From IMG/VR virus record IMGVR_UViG_3300034071_000719, positions 15,577 to 79,576 of that record: a stretch of DNA of 64,000 nucleotides; one strand, 5' to 3'. How positions within the stretch are numbered: position 1 is the stretch's first letter; each line of letters opens with the position of its first letter. This DNA comes from a virus. The notes under the pieces are model-generated. The model searched no databases, was not told where the DNA came from, and saw nothing but the letters and a program-made list of their open reading frames with translations. Shown in pieces: positions 30,885 through 39,506 of this stretch. The position numbers and the translations under genes are program-made.

Positions 30885-32205
30885 CAACGAAACAGATTTA
30901 GAATATAAGCGTAGAGTGATCGACATTAAGTCGGATAGCTTTTGCGCGGCCAAATGGTACAATGCTACTATATGGTTAGGGTCAGGGCAGACTACAAGTT
31001 GCCATCATCCGCTACCACATCAAATCGATATAGAAGCAATTAAAACAAATCCAAGTGCAATACACAACACTCCACAAAAGAAAGAACAGCGTAGACAAAT
31101 GCAAGTAGGCGAACGACCCGCGGGCTGTGACTACTGCTGGAAGATAGAAGACATGAGCACAGATGCAGTTAGTGACCGTGTATATAAGACTGTAATTTAT
31201 AATGACAAGGACTTAGATGATGCATACAATTTACCTGCAAGCGAAGATGTTAACTTACAAACTTTGGAAATTGCCTTTGACAGAACTTGTCAGTTTGCTT
31301 GTTCTTACTGCAATCCTGCTTTTAGCACTAGTTGGGTTAGGGATATACATCAAAACGGCGCATACACCAATTTGGTTTCAGATGGCAGAAATCACTTTAC
31401 TCATGAGCATAATAGTAGTCAATTGTTTAAACTCAATGAAGTTAATCCATATGTCGAAGCGTTCTTCAAATGGTGGGAAACAGACTTACACAAAACATTA
31501 AAAGAGCTACGCATTACAGGTGGCGAACCACTAATGTCGGATAACACATGGCGCTTAATCGATTGGTTTAAAGCACACAAAGGCGAAAGTAAAACACGTC
31601 TTGCTATTAACAGTAATCTCGGCTTTAAGCGTGAGATACTTGAACGCTTACTTGATAGCACACAAGGACTTGAGCTTGACATTTACACTAGCAACGAGTC
31701 AATGGGTAACCATGCAGAATATATACGTGATGGGCTAGATTGGAAACAATGGAGTGAGAATTTAATATTTCTACTAGAGTCTAAAAAAGTACGTGGCATA
31801 CATGTCATGGGTACAATCAATGCATTGTGCTTATCTAGTCTGAGTGAATTCTTATGGAATATGATGAAACTTAAAGAGAAATATGGTCGGGAAGCATTAT
31901 CGTTTACATTAAACATTTTACGCTTTCCTAGCTTCCAAAGTCCGCTTATACTTCCGATCGAACTTCGTACAAAATATAGTAACGAGCTTGCAGAATTTTT
32001 GTTTAATAATAAAGAGAATGCGGTATTACACGAACATGAACGTGAACACATTAAACGTTTGATTGATTACTTAAAGCAAGATACACAAGTTGACAGTAAT
32101 TTACAAAACGATTTTAAACAGTTTTATCAGCAATACGACCAACGTCGTGACAAAGACTTTAAATACACGTTTACACAATTAACTAACTGGTACGAAACAC
32201 TATGA
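30871..32205 (+). CDS. Radical SAM protein with N-terminal Twitch domain (3 of 7)
   Basis: CAAKW...SCHHP...CDYC, then CQFACSYC and TGGEP. Confidence 0.9.
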   Translation: MPKINNETDLEYKRRVIDIKSDSFCAAKWYNATIWLGSGQTTSCHHPLPHQIDIEAIKTNPSAIHNTPQKKEQRRQMQVGERPAGCDYCWKIEDMSTDAVSDRVYKTVIYNDKDLDDAYNLPASEDVNLQTLEIAFDRTCQFACSYCNPAFSTSWVRDIHQNGAYTNLVSDGRNHFTHEHNSSQLFKLNEVNPYVEAFFKWWETDLHKTLKELRITGGEPLMSDNTWRLIDWFKAHKGESKTRLAINSNLGFKREILERLLDSTQGLELDIYTSNESMGNHAEYIRDGLDWKQWSENLIFLLESKKVRGIHVMGTINALCLSSLSEFLWNMMKLKEKYGREALSFTLNILRFPSFQSPLILPIELRTKYSNELAEFLFNNKENAVLHEHEREHIKRLIDYLKQDTQVDSNLQNDFKQFYQQYDQRRDKDFKYTFTQLTNWYETL

Positions 32206-33536
32206 AAATAAAAAAGACCAAGGGCAATTTTAAAAACTATGATTATAATAGTACCATGCCCTTATACTGTGACCCTGCAGACTTAACAGCAAAACATAAA
32301 GAACTCTTAACAGAAAGTAAAGTATTCTGTATACTGCCGTGGATTCATATGCATGCGTTTCCAGACGGAAGAGCATACCCTTGCTGTTTAGGCGAAATGT
32401 GGCAACCGATTGGTGACTTGCGCAAAAATACAATGGAAGAAGTATGGAATGATGCGCCTATGCGTAAGATGCGTACAAACATGTTAAATGATAAACCGTG
32501 TAAAGAATGTACTAAGTGTTACGAACTAGAAGATAATAGTTTCTTTAGTATGCGCAATAGCTTTAGTAAGGACTTCGGTCATTTAATCGAACTAAGCGAT
32601 GCTACCAACGATGATGGTAGCTTAGATGATTTTACATTACGTTATTATGATGTACGTTTTAGTAATTTATGTAATTTTCGTTGCCGTAGCTGTGGTCCTA
32701 TCTTTAGTAGTAATTGGTACAATGACCATGTTAAACTGTATGGTAAAAAGCCCGAGGTACTAGGTAAAGAAATGGCAATGGTTGAATATGCCGGCCGCCA
32801 CAAGTATGATATGTGGGAGCAAATGCAAGAACATATCCCTAACTTAGAACAAATATACTTTGCTGGTGGCGAACCACTTATCATGGAAGAGCATTACATG
32901 ATTCTTAAAGAATTGGTAGCTCAAAAATTATTCCATGTTCGTTTAATATATAATACTAACTTTAGCGAAATGGTATACAAAGGGCAAGATGTATTTGAAC
33001 TTTGGAAATTGTTTGATAGCGTAAGCATCGGCGCAAGTTTAGATGATAATTATGCACGTGGCGAATACATGCGCAAAGGACAAGAGTGGGAACAAACAGA
33101 AGCCAATCGCCGTCGAATGTTAGAAGTCTGTCCAAATGTAGACTTTTATGTAAGTAGCACTGTTAGCTTATATAATGTATTACATGTAACAGAATTTCAT
33201 AGAGATTGGGTTGAAAAAGGACTAGTGCGCCCGCAAGATTGGAATATTAATCTATGCCAAAGTCCAGACAGAATTCGTGCAGATGTATTACCTGATGTAT
33301 ATAAACAACAAGCAATTAAGAAAATTGAAGAGCACATAAAATGGCTTGAACCGCAAGATTCTATTAGTAGAGCAACTGGCGGATACAAAGGGATTATTAA
33401 TTTCTTAAATCAACACGATAACAGTCACTTTTTACCTGAATTCTTTAAGTCTAATGATGAAGTTGATGTAGTTAGAGAAGAGAAGTTCGAAGAAGTATTT
33501 CCAGAATATGCAGAGTTGAGATCATATGTCAAATAA
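32202..33536 (+). CDS. Radical SAM protein with N-terminal Twitch domain (4 of 7)
   Basis: CILPW...PCC...CTKC, then CNFRCRSC and AGGEP. Confidence 0.9.
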   Translation: MKIKKTKGNFKNYDYNSTMPLYCDPADLTAKHKELLTESKVFCILPWIHMHAFPDGRAYPCCLGEMWQPIGDLRKNTMEEVWNDAPMRKMRTNMLNDKPCKECTKCYELEDNSFFSMRNSFSKDFGHLIELSDATNDDGSLDDFTLRYYDVRFSNLCNFRCRSCGPIFSSNWYNDHVKLYGKKPEVLGKEMAMVEYAGRHKYDMWEQMQEHIPNLEQIYFAGGEPLIMEEHYMILKELVAQKLFHVRLIYNTNFSEMVYKGQDVFELWKLFDSVSIGASLDDNYARGEYMRKGQEWEQTEANRRRMLEVCPNVDFYVSSTVSLYNVLHVTEFHRDWVEKGLVRPQDWNINLCQSPDRIRADVLPDVYKQQAIKKIEEHIKWLEPQDSISRATGGYKGIINFLNQHDNSHFLPEFFKSNDEVDVVREEKFEEVFPEYAELRSYVK

Positions 33537-34737
33537 TGAATTACCTAAAACTATATGTATGGTACCTTGGATTAGTGTCGAAACTAGCCCAATAAGTACT
33601 ACCCGTCCTTGCTGTTTAGCATTAGACGAAATTACTCGCACCGACGGTACTAAGTACAGTCTTAAAGATAGTACATTAGAAGAAGTTTATCATAGTCCAT
33701 ATATGCAAAATTTACGTCAAGAGTTTTTAGATGGCAAGAAACCAGAAACATGTAAAAGATGCTGGGATGAAGAAGATGCTGGCCGCGCAAGTAAACGAAT
33801 AAACAGTAGAATTCGTCTTAAAGAGTACTACGATCAAATTGATTGGACTAATACCAATCCTAATCAGCTGTGGTTCATTGACTTAAAACTAGGTAATATT
33901 TGCAATCTAAAATGTCGTATATGTGGTAGTTGGTCTAGTAGTAAATGGGCACAAGAAGAAATCGCATACATGCCGGAACTTAAAAATAAAAAAGAACATC
34001 TTGCATATAAATTTTTAACAGATGGAGCATGGCCACGGGAAAGTGTTGATTTTTGGGAGAACTTAAAATCATTATTACCAAACATTAAGTACTTTGAATT
34101 TACAGGTGGTGAGCCATTTTTAATCAAAGAACACTTTGAGCTTTTGCAGTATGCAGTCGAACATGGCTATAGTAAAAATATTGAAATACATTATAATACA
34201 AATGGAACAGTGTTTCCAGAGAATGGTGCTGAACTATGGAATCAATTTAAACGTGTAGAAGTTGCATTTAGTATAGACAACGTTGGCGCTCAATTTGAGT
34301 ACGAACGGTATGGCGCAATCTGGGATGAAGTACAAACAAACATAGCTAAGTTCAATGCAATGCGCAATGATATAATTACTACGCAAATATGTTTAACTAT
34401 CAATATACAAAACGTATACTATCTGCCAGAATTATGTGAATGGATTAATACACAAACATTTGACCATACATATTTTAATATGTTGCATGATCCAAATCAC
34501 ATGAACATTAACAATATGACTCCTGCAGCAAACAAGTTAGTTATCCAACGTCTGTCGGGATATGCTTTTTCACCTAGACATAAAGCTGAAATAATTCGTA
34601 TTATTAAATTTATCGAAAACGGCAAAGGCGGTAGCGGACAAGATTTTATGCGGAAAATGCAAACAACAGATGCATATCGCAATGAAAGTTTCTTGACCAC
34701 ACACAAAGAAATTGCACTTGCAATGGGCTATAAATGA
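33526..34737 (+). CDS. Radical SAM protein with N-terminal Twitch domain (5 of 7)
   Basis: CMVPW...PCC...CKRC, then CNLKCRIC and TGGEP. Confidence 0.9.
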   Translation: MSNNELPKTICMVPWISVETSPISTTRPCCLALDEITRTDGTKYSLKDSTLEEVYHSPYMQNLRQEFLDGKKPETCKRCWDEEDAGRASKRINSRIRLKEYYDQIDWTNTNPNQLWFIDLKLGNICNLKCRICGSWSSSKWAQEEIAYMPELKNKKEHLAYKFLTDGAWPRESVDFWENLKSLLPNIKYFEFTGGEPFLIKEHFELLQYAVEHGYSKNIEIHYNTNGTVFPENGAELWNQFKRVEVAFSIDNVGAQFEYERYGAIWDEVQTNIAKFNAMRNDIITTQICLTINIQNVYYLPELCEWINTQTFDHTYFNMLHDPNHMNINNMTPAANKLVIQRLSGYAFSPRHKAEIIRIIKFIENGKGGSGQDFMRKMQTTDAYRNESFLTTHKEIALAMGYK

Positions 34738-35771
34738 TAACACGGTGTAATGCGCCGTGGGTAGCACGGTTTATTAATCCAACTGGGCGAGTAACACCGT
34801 GTTGTTACATAGTACCGACTAATATAGAAAAACTCAAAGAATCATTTGATAACGGTATAAAAAGCCCAGCATGTGGTTATTGTTGGTTGGCAGAAAAAAA
34901 TAATGTACATAGTCCTCGGTTAGATTATAATAACTTGCTGGGCAACACAGTAACTCACTTAACTATTAATTTAGGTAATTACTGCAATGCTGAATGTATA
35001 ATGTGCAACGGTAATACTAGTAGTAGCCGCAATTCATGGGCGCGATTACATAGCCCAAAAGAATTTAAAATTAATGTAATACCCGAAGCCAATATTGATA
35101 ATTTTGATTTTTTGGAATATCCGGATTTAACAACATTAACTCTATTAGGTGGCGAACCAGCAATACATCCGAGCACTATTAAAATTTTAAATCAATTAAT
35201 AGAACAGGATTTAGCAAAGAATGTAAACATTAGTTTAAATACTAATGCCAGTAAACTTGATGATATATTGATAGACAGACTCCGTTGTTTTAAAAGTATA
35301 TCGGTTACATTAAGTATCGACGGAACCGGCAAGTATTTTGAATATCAGCGCCGCCCCCTAAGATGGGATCAAGTTAAAGTAATTGCTGAGCAATGGATGG
35401 AGATTAGTGAAAGCATAGTTATTAATTATGTAGTAACTGCGATTAGTGTGTGGTCATTTAATGATTTTATTTCGTGGTTTGTAGAGTTGCCTGATTCAAT
35501 TCATAACAAACAGCCACAAATTTCAATGAATCAGGTCTGGGTGATGAATCATGCATACCTAACGTTGGCTGTATTAACAGACGATCAAAAACAACAATGG
35601 TTAGTAGAAGCAATTGATCATCCGGCTAAGCAAGATATAATAAACATTTTAAATAGTGTAACTTATAACGCAGCTCAATGTACAATCTTCAAAGAAAAAA
35701 TGAAATTAGAAGATATAACTGCTAAATTAAAGTTTGCTGAGATATTTCCGGACTGGCTACTAAATGACTAA
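34734..35771 (+). CDS. Radical SAM protein with N-terminal Twitch domain (6 of 7)
   Basis: CNAPW...PCC...CGYC, then CNAECIMC and LGGEP. Confidence 0.9.
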   Translation: MITRCNAPWVARFINPTGRVTPCCYIVPTNIEKLKESFDNGIKSPACGYCWLAEKNNVHSPRLDYNNLLGNTVTHLTINLGNYCNAECIMCNGNTSSSRNSWARLHSPKEFKINVIPEANIDNFDFLEYPDLTTLTLLGGEPAIHPSTIKILNQLIEQDLAKNVNISLNTNASKLDDILIDRLRCFKSISVTLSIDGTGKYFEYQRRPLRWDQVKVIAEQWMEISESIVINYVVTAISVWSFNDFISWFVELPDSIHNKQPQISMNQVWVMNHAYLTLAVLTDDQKQQWLVEAIDHPAKQDIINILNSVTYNAAQCTIFKEKMKLEDITAKLKFAEIFPDWLLND

Positions 35772-37050
35772 ACCACAAACACTTTGTTTAGCACCGTGGG
35801 TACACACATATCTTTCACCACAAACTGAAAGACGTATGTGTTGTGCTAGTCGCGAGCCGGCGCAGAACTTTGAACAGTATATCGACGTCTCGGCGGGTAC
35901 AGGGCGTTATATACCAATAACTCTGGATGAACACTGGAATAGCGAGCACATGCGGTCGGTCCGTCGTCGCATGATTGCTGGGGAAACCCTCCCAGAGTGT
36001 GAGGTATGTAATGATAAACTGTTGAATACATCAGTTTACCGTAGTTATTTTGATCAGATGTTTGGTGATAAATATTTACAAGTAACAGAAACAACAGATT
36101 CAACGGGTTACACAACAATGCGCCCTGTAAGTTGGGATTATAGATTTAGTAATCTGTGCAACTTTAAATGTCGTATGTGTGGTGATATGTTAAGCAGTGC
36201 TTGGGAAACTGAGCAACGTCAACATAATATGATTAACTGGCATAACCCCAAGAACAATTGGATGAAGCCAGAAGTAAAGCAAGAAATTACAGCATTTCAA
36301 GATAGTCAAATAGAACAAGAGTTTGCTCGAGCAGTCGAAGATCATCAAGTTGAGGAAGTATATTGGGTAGGCGGTGAGCCACTAATGTATGAACAACACT
36401 GGCGTTATATGAAACGCATTATTGATTTAGGAGATGGCAAACATGCTTACGCACGGTACAATACAAATCTTAGCCGCGTCAACTATCGTGGCGTCAATCT
36501 CTACACTGACATTTTATCTGGGCTACGCGATTGGCAAATCTGTGCCAGTCTCGACGGAACTGGAGCAATTGGAGAATATATTAGAACAGGACTTGATTAT
36601 AATCAATGGCTTGAAAATTTCCGTGAAGGAGTTAGAATTGCAAGTCACAGACGCCAAATGCGAATTGACTTCACTCTCACACTGCCCGGCATGTTTGAAG
36701 TCACAAACATTACCCAGCTTGCTTCGGAAGAAAACGTAGACATACTGGCTAAAGTTGTTTTCGGCTTTAGCCCAGACATTATCCTTAGTCCCCTTGCACT
36801 ACCACGCGACTTACTACATCCATGGTTAGACGAACTAATCCCGCAAACTTCTGGAGCCATGCAAGATATACTTGTACAGCTAAAATCACGACCAACGTTC
36901 GACGAGCAATGGCCTGATACATATAAGAAAGAGCTTGACAAAGGTAAGCAACGTGTGTTACAATTAGAAAGTATACGTAACGATACATATACGTTAGCAG
37001 ACATATTAAAAGAGAGACCCGAAGTATATGAATGGTACCAATCAATCTAA
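35764..37050 (+). CDS. Radical SAM protein with N-terminal Twitch domain (7 of 7)
   Basis: CLAPW...MCC...CEVC, then CNFKCRMC and VGGEP. Confidence 0.9.
   Translation: MTKPQTLCLAPWVHTYLSPQTERRMCCASREPAQNFEQYIDVSAGTGRYIPITLDEHWNSEHMRSVRRRMIAGETLPECEVCNDKLLNTSVYRSYFDQMFGDKYLQVTETTDSTGYTTMRPVSWDYRFSNLCNFKCRMCGDMLSSAWETEQRQHNMINWHNPKNNWMKPEVKQEITAFQDSQIEQEFARAVEDHQVEEVYWVGGEPLMYEQHWRYMKRIIDLGDGKHAYARYNTNLSRVNYRGVNLYTDILSGLRDWQICASLDGTGAIGEYIRTGLDYNQWLENFREGVRIASHRRQMRIDFTLTLPGMFEVTNITQLASEENVDILAKVVFGFSPDIILSPLALPRDLLHPWLDELIPQTSGAMQDILVQLKSRPTFDEQWPDTYKKELDKGKQRVLQLESIRNDTYTLADILKERPEVYEWYQSI
36935..36964 (+). promoter_or_regulatory. Possible internal sigma70 promoter for the downstream half of the island
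   Basis: TTGACA-18 nt-TACAAT with extended TGn, ~60 nt before the ATG at 37028; lies inside a CDS. Confidence 0.4.
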
Positions 37051-38200
37051 AGTAACTGTAACACTACGCAACCCGCTAGATTTTGCAGATCAACTTGAAT
37101 ACTATATTATTCCTAATGATACACAGTTGGCAGCCGATTGGATTATTGCCCTCAAAGAAATTCTATCAGCTAATAATCAATTAGAGAAGAATTATTGTTT
37201 TATGGGATTTCCGGAGTCTGCTAGAACACTAGAATATCTATGCGAACAAACAAATATTGCAGTTGAAATAATTAATAAATTTGATTTTACTCTTTACGGA
37301 TTGGATAATTATATCATTGAAGAATGGTTTAATCTTGATACAGTTCGATTTCCTGCTTCCTACCCTATCGAAGGTTCATTTGATAAACCCGGTACCGTCA
37401 CTAATTCTAAACGTGTAGAGATTGGATTATATCCAAAACACAGTATATTGAATAGATTACATACACATTTCGAGAGATTACAAGGAACAGTTGATAATCT
37501 TAGCGAGTATTACAAAGTAGCAGATTACAATACAAAATATGCTATTAGACAATTAAATATATTGTGTCACGAAATGGAATCGTTGATACTGAGTCAGCGA
37601 AAAAAAGCAAGCACACCGGAATGGATTAGACCTAGCCAAATTACGACTTTCTTAGGAATAAATAGATTTCCGTTGGATAAATCACATATTACTGGATTTG
37701 CTAGCAACGGGTACGACCGTAGATTTGGTCATGTATACATGCACTGGGCACAAATAGGCAAGACATTAATGGAAGTATTTCACGATGAAGCGGCACCCGA
37801 TCTGACCTCAACTATATGTGAGACCATTAATAGTTTAAAATATTATAGCGGTGAGTTTGATATTGAATGGGCAAAGGATGTTACCAAAGCAGATAATTAT
37901 CCGTGGGTAACTAAACAAGCTGCTGAATTTACTGCATGGCTAATTCAGCAAGGCCTCGATATTACTGATCCTTCATTGAGCCTAGGTTATCTTCCTATAG
38001 GTCAGGTCGATCTTATTGCTAGTTTTGGAACCAGCGATATGGTTACTGTATGGGATATGTTAAGTACGCACCTAGACATATACAAAATAGAAGTCGACGG
38101 AGTAAGTAACACTTTTGATTATTGTTGGTCAGACGATGACTATAAACAAAAACAAATAGATATGATGAAACCGGGATATGATTTTAGTAGCCGCAGGTGA
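37028..38200 (+). CDS. Hypothetical protein of unknown function within the island
   Basis: 390 aa, coupled to both neighbours; LNRLHTHFERLQG and QLNILCHEMES His motifs. Confidence 0.65.
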   Translation: MNGTNQSKVTVTLRNPLDFADQLEYYIIPNDTQLAADWIIALKEILSANNQLEKNYCFMGFPESARTLEYLCEQTNIAVEIINKFDFTLYGLDNYIIEEWFNLDTVRFPASYPIEGSFDKPGTVTNSKRVEIGLYPKHSILNRLHTHFERLQGTVDNLSEYYKVADYNTKYAIRQLNILCHEMESLILSQRKKASTPEWIRPSQITTFLGINRFPLDKSHITGFASNGYDRRFGHVYMHWAQIGKTLMEVFHDEAAPDLTSTICETINSLKYYSGEFDIEWAKDVTKADNYPWVTKQAAEFTAWLIQQGLDITDPSLSLGYLPIGQVDLIASFGTSDMVTVWDMLSTHLDIYKIEVDGVSNTFDYCWSDDDYKQKQIDMMKPGYDFSSRR

Positions 38201-38888
38201 TAGTTTTGTATGGGGAATAGAACTAGCTAATTGCGTTCACTATAACATTGGTGGGCACAGCCTAAATTCCTTTCCGGCTTTGTTAGCTCAACAATCTAAT
38301 ATGAGATATATATGTGCAGCAATGCCGGGTAATGCTAATAATGCAATTGGTAGAATGGCAATTGACGCATTGAGCAAAATAGATGACGATAAGTTTTTAT
38401 TAGTTGAATGGACTTATCCACAACGCTGTGAATTTAGAATTAACGACAAGTGGGTTAGCATAAACAGCTGGCATACTGACGCTAAAGAATTTAGTGAAAG
38501 TTATTTTAAACATGCCGGCGATAGCGAATACTACGAAATTTACTCTATTCTTAAAGAAATAGTATTTCTGCAACAATATTGCATGATAAACAAGATACCA
38601 TATATGTTTATGACTGCTAACAATCATTTCTATAAACATGAAAATTATTTTAGATACAGTGATACTAATTTGACGAACTTATTTAATCAAATTAATTGGG
38701 ATAATTGGTTTTGGTTTGATGCTCCTGCACCAGCAACTGATCAGCACACACCAAGAGGATTCTACCAATGGGCAGTTGAAAATAAGTATAAAGTAGGCCG
38801 AAATGGCCACCCCCTTGAAGAAGCACATAAAGATGCTGCAATATTAATTAGGAAGAAATTCAATGAATTGGCTGCTAAACATAATTAA
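38178..38888 (+). CDS. SGNH/GDSL-like hydrolase or acyltransferase
   Basis: GDSF block I, PGNAN block II, GHPLEEAH block V. Confidence 0.7.
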   Translation: MILVAAGDSFVWGIELANCVHYNIGGHSLNSFPALLAQQSNMRYICAAMPGNANNAIGRMAIDALSKIDDDKFLLVEWTYPQRCEFRINDKWVSINSWHTDAKEFSESYFKHAGDSEYYEIYSILKEIVFLQQYCMINKIPYMFMTANNHFYKHENYFRYSDTNLTNLFNQINWDNWFWFDAPAPATDQHTPRGFYQWAVENKYKVGRNGHPLEEAHKDAAILIRKKFNELAAKHN

Positions 38889-38964
38889 TCGTGTTAAATT
38901 AGAAATACGTTATCGTAAGAAACTTAAAGAATTGCGTAAGCGCGATCCATTTATCTATAAATGA
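38863..38964 (+). CDS. 33-aa basic protein MNWLLNIINRVKLEIRYRKKLKELRKRDPFIYK (absent from the ORF track)
   Basis: Fills the gap exactly; its stop overlaps the next ATG (ATGA). Confidence 0.65.
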   Translation: MNWLLNIINRVKLEIRYRKKLKELRKRDPFIYK

Positions 38965-39506
38965 TTTTAGTAAACGGCGATAGTTTTACTGCTGGTGAAG
39001 AAAGTGATATTGCCTGGCCGGAGTTAATTGCTGATACTGTAAATATTGCTGTACCTGGTGCTAGCAATGATTATATACTTAGATCAACAGTTGATTATGT
39101 AGATAATAATAAAGTTGATTATGTAATAATAGCGTGGACTAGCCCCAATCGAATTGAATTACCAAACAAACACCTAACATCTGCTAGTTATAAGAAGTAT
39201 GGACCAGTGGTTAATAGTGTATTTGCTGAATGGGATACAGAGTGGGCATATAAGAAATTTATTGCGCAAACTAAATTATTAGATTGTTACTTAACAATGC
39301 CGCATTTGTTTGTAAGTACATTTGACATACAAACAGTGGCACAAGGTAGTGGGTTAGATTGTTGGCTAGGCTGGCCACACGAAGGATTAGTAGAGTGGAT
39401 GGGCAACTGTCTAAAAGGTTCTGGTGGACACCCACTGGAATTAGGACATCAACGAATAGCGGAAAAAATCAATGAACATATTAGGCATCTCGGCTGGGTT
39501 TCATGA
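38961..39506 (+). CDS. SGNH/GDSL-like hydrolase or acyltransferase
   Basis: GDSFT, AVPGASND, WTSPNR, GHPLELGH. Confidence 0.7.
   Translation: MILVNGDSFTAGEESDIAWPELIADTVNIAVPGASNDYILRSTVDYVDNNKVDYVIIAWTSPNRIELPNKHLTSASYKKYGPVVNSVFAEWDTEWAYKKFIAQTKLLDCYLTMPHLFVSTFDIQTVAQGSGLDCWLGWPHEGLVEWMGNCLKGSGGHPLELGHQRIAEKINEHIRHLGWVS

Noticed and set aside
28352-38964. RiPP cluster interpretation (rSAM/SPASM maturases plus precursor peptide)
   Set aside because: No RRE/PqqD domain, peptidase or transporter is visible, and the context is sugar-modifying enzymes; kept only as a minor alternative
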